In this document: positions 27,945 to 36,603 of the stretch, in pieces | Numbering within the stretch: the stretch's first letter is position 1 | Layout: each line of letters begins with the position of its first letter | Origin: Candidatus Binatia bacterium | Lineage (GTDB): Bacteria > Desulfobacterota > Binatia > UBA9968 > JAJDTQ01 | Reading direction: 5' to 3' | NCBI GenBank assembly: GCA_963422385.1 | Contig: OY729432.1 | Coordinates: forward strand, 355,376 to 419,375 | Length of the DNA: 64,000 nt | The notes under the pieces: model-generated | What the model saw: the letters and a program-made list of their open reading frames with translations, nothing else | The model's database searches: none | Told to the model about the DNA's origin: nothing | Program-made: the position numbers and the translations under genes

Positions 27945-28667
27945 CTATCCTCGAGCCTTGATCCCTGCCTGTGCCGACGGGCTCCTGGGCCCGAACAGAG
28001 CGGTCCCGACCCGCACCATCGTCGATCCTTCGGCGACCGCCACCTGGTAATCGTGGGTCATGCCCATGGACAGTTCCTCCAGCGCCACGTTGGGAAGGCC
28101 GAGCTCGTTCAACGAATCGCGCAGCTCCCGCAGCCTCCGGAAGTAAGGCCGGCTCGCTTCGGGATCCTCGGCGAACGGCGGAACGATCATCAGCCCCTTG
28201 ACCCGGATGCGCGACAGACCGGACACGTCCCGCAACAGGGGCGCAAGACCCTCCTCGGCCACGCCGGTCTTCGACCGCTCTCCGGCGAGGTTGACTTCCA
28301 CCAGAACGTCGACGTCGTGGTTCCGTCCCCGGGCCTCCCGGTCCAGTATCCGGGCCAACCCGAGATTGTCCAACGACTGGATGACCGAAAACAGGCCCAC
28401 CGCAACCCGCGCCTTGTTTCTCTGGAGATGCCCGATCAGATGCCACTCGGCGATGTCGCCGACGGTGTCCTTCTTGGCCTGCGCTTCCTGAACGTAGTTC
28501 TCTCCCAGAAGACGCACGCCGGCTTCGACCGCCGCGCGTACCGCGGGCGCGGCCCGGGTCTTGGTGGCGGCGAGCAGCTTGACCTGTTGCGAATCCCTGC
28601 CGCTCCGCTCCGCTGCATTGGCGATTCCTTCCATGACCCGTTTGCAGTTATCCGCGATGTCGACCAT
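27945..28667 (-). CDS. yggS: YggS-family pyridoxal-phosphate homeostasis protein
   Basis: KLLAATKTRAAPAVRAAVEAGVRLLGENYVQEA...WHLIGHLQRNK...LSMGMTHDYQVAVAEGSTMVRVGTALFG. Start at ATG 28667. Confidence 0.9.
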   Translation of the reverse strand: MVDIADNCKRVMEGIANAAERSGRDSQQVKLLAATKTRAAPAVRAAVEAGVRLLGENYVQEAQAKKDTVGDIAEWHLIGHLQRNKARVAVGLFSVIQSLDNLGLARILDREARGRNHDVDVLVEVNLAGERSKTGVAEEGLAPLLRDVSGLSRIRVKGLMIVPPFAEDPEASRPYFRRLRELRDSLNELGLPNVALEELSMGMTHDYQVAVAEGSTMVRVGTALFGPRSPSAQAGIKARG

Positions 28668-28909
28668 CACTCCGCCACGCCCTTGAACCCTGTCCGACCG
28701 GACGAACAGCCCCACTGTGTCCGTGCCGGACAGGTACGTTTTCTCATATACCTCACTATACCACAGGACCGGGTGTCCTGCGGAACGCATCGAAGCGCGA
28801 CCCGACCACCGTTGGACACCTGCTCCAAGCCCTCGGTCCTTACCCCATGGCCCATAGCCTGTTACCATGGTCTGTTACAATTCAACGCAGCTTCCGTTCC
28901 CACGCAATC

Positions 28910-30988
28910 ATGAAAACGCTCACCTGTTGCCTCTGGGTCCTTCTGACGTGGCTGTCCGTACCTCCCGTGCACGCGGCGACGGGAGCCGAGGCAGAGTTCG
29001 TTCGAGCCTACCGGTACTACTCCCAGGGTGACCACTCGCGGGCGAAAACGCTCTTTCAAAGCGCGCTGGCCGACGTCACCCTCATCCTCGGAGACTACGC
29101 CCTCTACTATCTCGGACGAATCGCCTCGGAGGCGGGAAAGCACGACGAGGCGCAGGATTACTTCACGCGGTTGAAGAAGTCCTTCCCCGAGAGCATCTGG
29201 GCCACGGAAGCCTCCTTCCTGCGGGTCGAGCTCGACCTGGCCCGGAAGCGGTATCAGGGGGCCATCCGCCGCGCCGTCGCGCTGAAGAAGACGTCGATCG
29301 GAAGAGGGGCCCGGGCCAGAACCGCCTACTACCTCGGCCAGGCCCACGAAGCCTTGGGCAAGGACAGCAAGGCGCACGCCTTCCATCAGGAGGCACGCCG
29401 TCGCGCACCCCGTTCCACCTGGGGGAGCCGCGCCCGGCAAAGGGTTCACGAGCTTCGCCGGAAACACCCGAAACGGCTCGGACTCGGCAACGGCAACGCC
29501 ATGCTGCGGGAAGCCCGGCAGCTTCGACGGGAACGGGACTACCCCGCGGCCGCCGACCTCTACCGGCGCATCCTGCGGGAAACCAACTTCCGTCGGCTGT
29601 CCCTTGAAGGGCTCGCCGAAGTTTACCGAAAGATGCGGCAACGGGACCGGGAAGAGCAGGTTCTCCGCCGGTACATCCGGCACTATCCGCAACGCGCCCG
29701 TGCCGGCGAGGCGCTCACGCGGATCGCCACCATCCAATGGAATCGCGACGACAACGCCGGGGCATTGGAAACCCTCCGTGAGTTCAGGAGAAAGCATCCC
29801 GGTCATCTCCGGAGGCGCTATGCCGTCTACGTGATCGGCCGCATCCACGAATCCATGGGCCAAAGGGAGGCGGCGGTCCGGACGTATCGACGGCTCTTGT
29901 CGAAGGAGCATCGCTACAGCCGGTTCCGCGACGACGCGGCGTGGCGCCTGGCATGGATACATTACCGGAGGTCCGACTATCCGGCGGCCATGGCCGTCTT
30001 CCACGACGTCGCCCGCAGGCGCGGCAATTTCAAGACGGCCGCCGCTTTCTGGAAGGCCCGCATCGCCGAGAAGCTGAAGGATACCGTCACCGCCACGCGA
30101 CTCTACCGGCGGGTGGTCAAGAAGGATACGGAATCCTACTACGCGGTCCTGGCATCCCGGCGACTCGCGGACCTCGGCGTCGCCATCCCCGACCCGTTGC
30201 CTCACGGGCGCCCCCGGCAAGAGGCCGGCGCCCCGCGCCTGGACGCCCGGGCCAGGTTCCACCTCGCCCGGGCGCGCGCACTGGCGCGGCTCGGCCTGAA
30301 CCAGATCGCGCACCCGGAGCTGGACCACGTCCGAAGGCACTCCACGCGTACCGCCGGTCTCAAGCTGCTGCTGATGCGCGAGTACGCGCGGACCCACGCC
30401 CACCACCGCAGCCTCTCTCTGGCGCTGCAATCACCGCGGTCCCCCGAGACGCTACGACTCCGATATCCCCTGGCCCACTGGGATGCCGTGCGACGGTACG
30501 CGGCCGAAAACGAGGTGGACCCCTACCTGGTGTTGTCCCTTATGCGGCAGGAGAGCATGTTCAAGCCTAGGGCCGTGTCCTCCGCCAATGCGTACGGGCT
30601 CATGCAGCTACTTCACGAAACCGCGCGCACCGAGGCCTTGAAAATCGGCCTGCCGGAGCCCGAGGCGCGGCAGCTTTTCGATCCGGGACTGAACATCAGG
30701 CTCGGCGTGCACCACTTGAAGGGACTGCTCGAAGACTACGCCCACAGTCAGGCCAAGGCGCTGGCCGCCTACAACGCCGGCAAGGAGGCGGTGGAACGCT
30801 GGACCCGAGACCTCGGGTCCGACAACGATATGGAGTTCATCGAGCGGATCTCCTATCGGGAGACGCGCCAGTACGTCAAGGCGGTGCTGCGGAACTACCA
30901 CGCCTACAGAACCCTCTACGGCGAGGCCCCACTCGAAGAGCCCGCCGGACAGGCGGGCTGCCCCCCGTGCGCCGAATCGGGCTCTTGA
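28910..30988 (+). CDS. soluble lytic murein transglycosylase (Slt70-like: superhelical repeats plus SLT domain)
   Basis: Signal peptide MKTLTCCLWVLLTWLSVPPVHA and long TPR-like repeats. The C-terminal SLT catalytic block reads LMRQESMFKPRAVSSANAYGLMQLL...AYNAG. Confidence 0.85.
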   Translation: MKTLTCCLWVLLTWLSVPPVHAATGAEAEFVRAYRYYSQGDHSRAKTLFQSALADVTLILGDYALYYLGRIASEAGKHDEAQDYFTRLKKSFPESIWATEASFLRVELDLARKRYQGAIRRAVALKKTSIGRGARARTAYYLGQAHEALGKDSKAHAFHQEARRRAPRSTWGSRARQRVHELRRKHPKRLGLGNGNAMLREARQLRRERDYPAAADLYRRILRETNFRRLSLEGLAEVYRKMRQRDREEQVLRRYIRHYPQRARAGEALTRIATIQWNRDDNAGALETLREFRRKHPGHLRRRYAVYVIGRIHESMGQREAAVRTYRRLLSKEHRYSRFRDDAAWRLAWIHYRRSDYPAAMAVFHDVARRRGNFKTAAAFWKARIAEKLKDTVTATRLYRRVVKKDTESYYAVLASRRLADLGVAIPDPLPHGRPRQEAGAPRLDARARFHLARARALARLGLNQIAHPELDHVRRHSTRTAGLKLLLMREYARTHAHHRSLSLALQSPRSPETLRLRYPLAHWDAVRRYAAENEVDPYLVLSLMRQESMFKPRAVSSANAYGLMQLLHETARTEALKIGLPEPEARQLFDPGLNIRLGVHHLKGLLEDYAHSQAKALAAYNAGKEAVERWTRDLGSDNDMEFIERISYRETRQYVKAVLRNYHAYRTLYGEAPLEEPAGQAGCPPCAESGS

Positions 30989-31014
30989 ACCGTTTCGGCG
31001 CACGGGCGCTTCGG

Positions 31015-31042
31015 TGGACAAATCCCTGCCGTTCTCTATATT
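31015..31042 (+). promoter_or_regulatory. sigma70-like promoter placed to give a leaderless or near-leaderless egtD mRNA
   Basis: TGGACA-16 nt-TATATT, with the -10 ending 6 nt before the egtD ATG (31049). No Shine-Dalgarno sequence lies in between. Confidence 0.4.
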
Positions 31043-31048
31043 GACCGG

Positions 31049-32113
31049 ATGACCTCTCAACCCACAGCGACCCACGAACCCGCAGGGATCCTCTCGATCC
31101 ACGAACGGGGTGCCTGGAGCGTCACGGATCCGACGACTCCGACCCCCGGAGAACGCTCTTCCAACGATGCCGCCGCCGGAATGGTCAAGACCCTGTTCGA
31201 CCGTCCCCGGTGGCTCGAGCCCTGTCATCTCTACGACGAAAGAGGCTCGCTGTTGTTCGAGGAGATCTGCGAGCTGCCGGAGTACTACCCGACCCGCACC
31301 GAGGCGGCCATCCTCGAACGCGAGTCCGGCACCCTCATGAGCCTGGCACCGGTGGAATGCATCGTGGAGCTTGGCGCCGGTTTCTCGAAAAAGACCATCC
31401 ACCTGCTCAAGGCGCTGACCCGGGCCCGGGGACGCGGCACCTTCGCACCGGTGGACGTTAGCGCCACCGCGCTCATGGCGTCGAAACGCATGGCCGAGGA
31501 GCTGTTCCCGGAGCTTGCGTTCACCGGACTCGAAGCCCGCTTCGAAGACGCCATCGCCAGCATCACCCGGGACATTCCGAAGCTCGTCGTGTTCCTCGGC
31601 AGCACCATCGGCAATTTCACCCCCACCGACATGCTGCACTTCTTCACGCACCTGTGCGATCACATGGGACCGGACGACTACCTCCTGCTCGGGGTGGACC
31701 GGATCAAGGATCCGGAGATCATCGAGCGCGCCTACGACGACTCCCGCGGCGTGACCGCCGCCTTCATCCTCAATGCCTTCAGCAATGTCAACCGTATCAC
31801 CGGAGCCGGCTTTCAGCCCGACAAAATCTCCTACCGAAGCGGCTACAACCGCGAACGGCAACAGGTGGAGATGTACGGAGTCAGCACCGAAACCCACCGC
31901 GTGGAGTTCCCACGGCAGTCCGCGTCGTTCACTTGGGAGAAGGACGAAGGGATACTGGTGGAGACCAGCCGCAAGTTCGACCCTGACGACCTGCAAGTAC
32001 AGCTCCGGTGTTTCGGGCTCGAGAACCTGGGGCATTGGACCGACTCGAACGAGTGGTTCTCGCTGCTGCTCTTCCGCCGGAGCGCACCATCCGGTGGACT
32101 GGAGTCGAGATGA
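31049..32113 (+). CDS. egtD: L-histidine N-alpha-methyltransferase (hercynine synthase, EgtD family)
   Basis: YDERGSLLFEEICELPEYYPTRTEAAIL, VELGAGFSKKT, VFLGSTIGNF, RAYDDSRGVTAAF, VEMYG and LVETSRKF. These blocks include the positions equivalent to the EgtD residues known to select histidine (N166, Y206, M252, E282, S284 in the mycobacterial enzyme). Confidence 0.85.
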   Translation: MTSQPTATHEPAGILSIHERGAWSVTDPTTPTPGERSSNDAAAGMVKTLFDRPRWLEPCHLYDERGSLLFEEICELPEYYPTRTEAAILERESGTLMSLAPVECIVELGAGFSKKTIHLLKALTRARGRGTFAPVDVSATALMASKRMAEELFPELAFTGLEARFEDAIASITRDIPKLVVFLGSTIGNFTPTDMLHFFTHLCDHMGPDDYLLLGVDRIKDPEIIERAYDDSRGVTAAFILNAFSNVNRITGAGFQPDKISYRSGYNRERQQVEMYGVSTETHRVEFPRQSASFTWEKDEGILVETSRKFDPDDLQVQLRCFGLENLGHWTDSNEWFSLLLFRRSAPSGGLESR

Positions 32114-33435
32114 AAAAGATCCCCGATACGACGCCCGCGTACGATCTCACCGATTCCCGGTTCTGGGACGAGAAGGACCTGCGCTCCGAGGTCGAGCGCG
32201 TCTTCCATCTGTGCTCCGAATGCCGGCTGTGCGTGAAGTTCTGCGGCAGCTTTCCGAAGCTCTTCGACGCCATCGATTCGTACTGCACCGAGGAGGAGTT
32301 CGCGGAGGTGGACTCGACCAGGCTCAGGCCGGGCGACGTGGACGAGGTGGTGGACCTGTGCTTCCAATGCAAGCTCTGCAACATCAACTGCCCGTACACT
32401 CCCGGGGACCATGACTGGGCCATCGACTTTCCGCGACTGATGGCGCGGGCCAAGGCCCAGCACGTGAGGAAGCACGGGGTCTCTCTGACGGACCGCGTGC
32501 TGGGGAACCCCGACCTGGTGGGCAAGCTCGGTTCCGCCACCGCGCCCATGGCCAACTGGGGCAATGAGAACCGGGTGCACCGCCTGTTCATGCAGGGGGC
32601 TCTGGGCATCCACAAGGACAAGAAGCTGCCGCCGTTCGCGTGGAAGACCTTCGCTTCGCGGTTCCGGTCCGAGCACCGGGAGCCCGAGGCCGAGCCGGTG
32701 GCCAGGATCGCCTACTTCGCCACCTGTTTCGTCAACTACAACGAGCCGGGCATCGGGTTGGACACCCTGGAGGTCATGGCCCGGAACCGGGTGGACGTGG
32801 CGCTCACGTACCAGGAGTGCTGCGGCATGCCGTCCTGGCACAACGGCGACATGGCCAAGGCCAAGGCGCAGGCGCAACGGAACGTCGAGTTCCTGACGCC
32901 GTTCGTGGCCGAGGGCCGGACCATCGTCGCCACCAACCCCACCTGCTCGCTGACCCTGCGCGACGAATATCCCCGACTGCTGGGAACCCAGGCCGCCCGT
33001 GACGTGGCCGGGCACACCACCGATCCCACGGCGTTCCTGGCCTCGCTTCATGCCGAGGGCAAGCTCAACCGCGACTTCAAGACCGGCCCGGGCAGGATCG
33101 CGTATCACCAGCCGTGCCACCTGCGGGCCCAGCGGCCGGGCAACAAGACCAGCGCGCTGCTGTCGCTGCTCCCCGACACCGAAGTCACCATGATACAGGC
33201 CTGCTCGGGACACGATGGCACCTGGGCCATGAAGCGGGAGAACTTCGAGGCCTCCATGCGGTGGGGCCGGCAGGCGTTCAGGGGCATCGAGGGCGTCGGC
33301 GCCGAGGTGGCCTGCTCCGACTGTCCCCTGGCCGCCATCCAGATCGAGCAGGCCACCGGGAAACATCCGCTGAACCCGTTGCAGATCCTGGCGAAGAGCT
33401 ATCGTGGGGAAGGCTTCGAGGAGGCCGGGAGCTGA
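32110..33435 (+). CDS. HdrD/GlpC-like iron-sulfur protein (two 4Fe-4S ferredoxin motifs plus two CCG-type Cys-rich domains)
   Basis: CSECRLCVKFC and CFQCKLCNINCPY (CxxCxxCxxxC twice). The first CCG domain is ATCFVN...QECCGMP and the second is PTCSLT...HQPCHLR...QACSGH. The ATG overlaps the egtD stop (ATGA). Confidence 0.75.
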   Translation: MKKIPDTTPAYDLTDSRFWDEKDLRSEVERVFHLCSECRLCVKFCGSFPKLFDAIDSYCTEEEFAEVDSTRLRPGDVDEVVDLCFQCKLCNINCPYTPGDHDWAIDFPRLMARAKAQHVRKHGVSLTDRVLGNPDLVGKLGSATAPMANWGNENRVHRLFMQGALGIHKDKKLPPFAWKTFASRFRSEHREPEAEPVARIAYFATCFVNYNEPGIGLDTLEVMARNRVDVALTYQECCGMPSWHNGDMAKAKAQAQRNVEFLTPFVAEGRTIVATNPTCSLTLRDEYPRLLGTQAARDVAGHTTDPTAFLASLHAEGKLNRDFKTGPGRIAYHQPCHLRAQRPGNKTSALLSLLPDTEVTMIQACSGHDGTWAMKRENFEASMRWGRQAFRGIEGVGAEVACSDCPLAAIQIEQATGKHPLNPLQILAKSYRGEGFEEAGS

Positions 33436-33444
33436 CGACCGCCG

Positions 33445-35448
33445 ATGAAGACCGCGAGGACGCTCATGAACGCCACCCTGATCATCGAGGAACGCGCGCC
33501 CTTTGCCGAAGGGGCCGACTTCGGTCCCGTCGGCGCCTACGAACGGATCAACGGACGCGTCCGGTTCGCCATCGACCCGCGCCACCCCGCCAACCGGCAC
33601 ATCGTGGACCTGACGCTGGCGCCCGCCGACGACCGTGGCCTGGTGGAGTATTCCACCGAGTTCTTCATCATCAAGCCCGTGGACATGAGCCGCGGCAACC
33701 GCCGCCTGCTCTACGACGTCAACAACCGCGGCAACAAGCGGGCGCTTCAATTCTTCAACGACGCCCCGCCCAACAACGACCCGCGCACCGCGCGGGACGC
33801 AGGCCACGGGTTTCTGATGCGTCGGGGCTACACTTTGGTGTGGTGCGGGTGGCAGGGGGATCTACTTCCGGGGGACGGGCGCATGACCATGGAACTGCCC
33901 GCCGCTACCGGACCGGACGGCGCCGTCACGGGACCCTTCCGGGCGGAGTTCATCAACGAGCAGCCCGGAGCAACGACCGTGTCCCTGGGCGGGCACGACT
34001 ACATCCGGCCCCGTCCATCCGTGGACCTGGACACCCGGGCAGCCACCCTCACCTGCCGGCCACTGGAGCAGGACAGCCGGCGGCCCGTCCCCGCGAGCGA
34101 CTGGCAATTCGCCGCCGTGGACGCGGCCGGCAACGTCGTGCCGTCGGCCACTAGCTGCCACCTTCCCGGCGGCTTCCGGCCCGGATGGATCTACGAGCTC
34201 ATCTACACCGCGAAGGACCCGCTGGTGCTGGGGCTGGGCTTTGCCGGGGTGCGCGACCTCATCGACTTCCTGCGCCATGCCGACGGGGATGCCGCGGGAC
34301 GGGCCAATCCGCTCCGGCAGGGGTCGCCGGGCGTCGAGAAGGCCTATGCCTGGGGTCGCTCCCAGAGCGGGCGCTTCCTGCGGGCGTTCGTCTACGAGGG
34401 GTTCAACGCCTCGGAGGGCGGCCGGCGCATCTTCGACGGCGTGTTCTCCCACGTGGCCGGAGGCGGGCGGCTTCAGCTCAACTACCGCTTCGCGCAGCCC
34501 GACCGCTACCCGCGCCAGCACGAGGACCACCTCTACCCGTCCGAGGAGTTTCCGTTTGCCTACGGCCGCGCCGAGGACCCGTTCACCGGGCGGCGGGACT
34601 CGGTCCTGAAACGCCCGGACACCGACCCCTTGGTCATCCACACCCAGACCGCCACCGAGTACTGGCAGCGGCGCGGCTCCCTGGTGCACACCGACCCCCG
34701 CGGCAACGACCTCCCGGAGCACGACAATGTCCACGTCTACCTGCTCTCCTCCCTCCAGCACAATGACGCGGCCGCTGCCCTGGAAGGCGGAGCGCCACGC
34801 TATCCGCAGAACCCGCTGCCGGCCAATCCGGTTCTCCGTGCCCTGCTGAGCGCCCTGGACGAATGGGTCACCGAGGGCGTCCCGCCCCCCGAGAGCCGCG
34901 TCCCGACGCGGTCCGGCGGCAGGCTGATCACCGGCGACGCCTTTCGGAGCGGCTTCCCGGCGGTGCCTGCCTTCGTCTGCCCCGAACCCCACGTGCTCCA
35001 TCACGTCCACCGCGGGGCGAGCTTCACCCAAGGCGTCATCACCCGCGAGCCACCGCTGGAAGACAAGACGCACGAATATGCGGTTCTGGTGCCTTCGGTG
35101 GACGCCGACGGCAACGAAAGCGCGGGCGTGCGGGTTCCGGAAGTGGCCGTCCCCCTCGCCACCTACCTGGGCTGGAACGTGCGGCGGGACTCGGAGGTCA
35201 TGGCGGGTATCGTCGGCAGCATCCTCCCCTTCGCCGAGACGGAGGAAGCGCGGGCCGCCCAGGGCGACCCGCGTCCCTCCATCGAGGCGCGTTATCGCTC
35301 CCGGGAAACATACCTGGATGCGGTCCGGGCGGCGGCGTCCTCCCTCCAGGAGGAGCGGCTGTTGCTGGCCGAGGACGTGGAGCGTTGCGTAGCCGCGGCG
35401 GGAAGCCGCTGGGACGCCCGTCCCGGGACCGGACCCAGGGGTGGATAG
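33445..35448 (+). CDS. large conserved hypothetical protein, probable alpha/beta-hydrolase-fold enzyme
   Basis: 667 aa starting 9 nt after the Fe-S gene. It has a nucleophile-elbow-like AWGRSQSGRFL and the N-terminal block FGPVGAYERINGRVRFAIDP...NRGNKRALQFFN. No signal peptide or TM segment was noticed. Confidence 0.5.
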   Translation: MKTARTLMNATLIIEERAPFAEGADFGPVGAYERINGRVRFAIDPRHPANRHIVDLTLAPADDRGLVEYSTEFFIIKPVDMSRGNRRLLYDVNNRGNKRALQFFNDAPPNNDPRTARDAGHGFLMRRGYTLVWCGWQGDLLPGDGRMTMELPAATGPDGAVTGPFRAEFINEQPGATTVSLGGHDYIRPRPSVDLDTRAATLTCRPLEQDSRRPVPASDWQFAAVDAAGNVVPSATSCHLPGGFRPGWIYELIYTAKDPLVLGLGFAGVRDLIDFLRHADGDAAGRANPLRQGSPGVEKAYAWGRSQSGRFLRAFVYEGFNASEGGRRIFDGVFSHVAGGGRLQLNYRFAQPDRYPRQHEDHLYPSEEFPFAYGRAEDPFTGRRDSVLKRPDTDPLVIHTQTATEYWQRRGSLVHTDPRGNDLPEHDNVHVYLLSSLQHNDAAAALEGGAPRYPQNPLPANPVLRALLSALDEWVTEGVPPPESRVPTRSGGRLITGDAFRSGFPAVPAFVCPEPHVLHHVHRGASFTQGVITREPPLEDKTHEYAVLVPSVDADGNESAGVRVPEVAVPLATYLGWNVRRDSEVMAGIVGSILPFAETEEARAAQGDPRPSIEARYRSRETYLDAVRAAASSLQEERLLLAEDVERCVAAAGSRWDARPGTGPRGG

Positions 35449-35479
35449 CGGGCCTCGATGCCGGACGCGGGACGGCAGG

Positions 35480-36262
35480 CTATTCCATCAAGCCGTTGTC
35501 CCGCAGAAACTCCACCACCAGAGCATCGAACCCGGCGGGATCCTCGATACAGCAGGCGTGACCGGTGCCCGGCAACACCTTGTGGACCGCTCCGGGGGTT
35601 AACGCCGCGGTCCTCCTGCCACCCTCCAGAGACATATCGTGCTCGCCGTTGATGACCAGGGTCGGCACCTTCATCTCCGACAGACGCGGGGTCATGTCGG
35701 TGCCGGCGCGGGCGCGGAAGATCCGCGCGATGGATTTACCCGACAGCCACGGGTTGCGCTCGAGAAAGATGTCCAGCAGATACTTGCCGAGCCGGGTGCG
35801 CTCGAAGCCGGGGGCCACCAACTCCTTGATGTGGGTCTCGTGATACGTGGTCACGTCGTCCGTGTAGCCGCGGACGCGGGCGTCGATGCGTGCTCCCCCG
35901 CCGCTGCTTCCGCCCACGAGAATCACGCACCGGAACATCTCCGGATGATCGAGCCCCAGCAGCAGCGCGATGCCGGAGCCGACGCTCACGCCGCCGATGA
36001 CCGCCTCCCGCACGCCTTCCGCCCGACACACCGCAAGCGCGTCGCTCGCCATGTCCCCCAGTGAGAACGGCGTCTCCGGCTTGTCGGACCGGCCGTAACC
36101 CCGGATGTCCAGCGAGATCACCTTGAACCAGGTCGAGAAGTGGGCCACCTGGTACATGAGGAGATTGTGGTCGAACGGATTGGCGTGCACCCAGATGAAG
36201 GGCAGGCCCTCTCCGGAGACCTCGTAGTAGATGCGGACTCCATCGGAATCGACGTATGGCAT
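35480..36262 (-). CDS. alpha/beta hydrolase
   Basis: IWVHANPFDH...DIRGYGRSDKP...VIGGVSVGSGIAL (GxSxG)...GHACCIEDP. Start at ATG 36262 (MPYVDSDGV). Convergent with the 667-aa gene. Confidence 0.8.
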   Translation of the reverse strand: MPYVDSDGVRIYYEVSGEGLPFIWVHANPFDHNLLMYQVAHFSTWFKVISLDIRGYGRSDKPETPFSLGDMASDALAVCRAEGVREAVIGGVSVGSGIALLLGLDHPEMFRCVILVGGSSGGGARIDARVRGYTDDVTTYHETHIKELVAPGFERTRLGKYLLDIFLERNPWLSGKSIARIFRARAGTDMTPRLSEMKVPTLVINGEHDMSLEGGRRTAALTPGAVHKVLPGTGHACCIEDPAGFDALVVEFLRDNGLME

Positions 36263-36603
36263 GGGACACCTCGGCTGACGGATGCGTTCGTCGTAGCGGA
36301 GCAACGGCTGCATCGTTCCAACCACGAAACCGCGCTCACTGCAAACCTGGCCGGTGATTCGCGCCAAAAGCATGTTATAAAGACGCCGTGACGGCTGCCG
36401 GGAGCGTTCGCCTGGACCAGCGGCCGTGGGCGGCGCGGTTCTTCAAGACGCCCCCGGTTCCAGGCCCGAGGCATCTCCGTCCGGGAACGCGGCGGACGGC
36501 CCACCAGGAAGGACTGCCGGGATCCGGCGCGTTTCGCGCGTGAGGACTGACGCGGATCCCGCCTTCCCGGAACCGGGTCCTGTCCGCAGAGAGGCAAGGG
36601 GGT

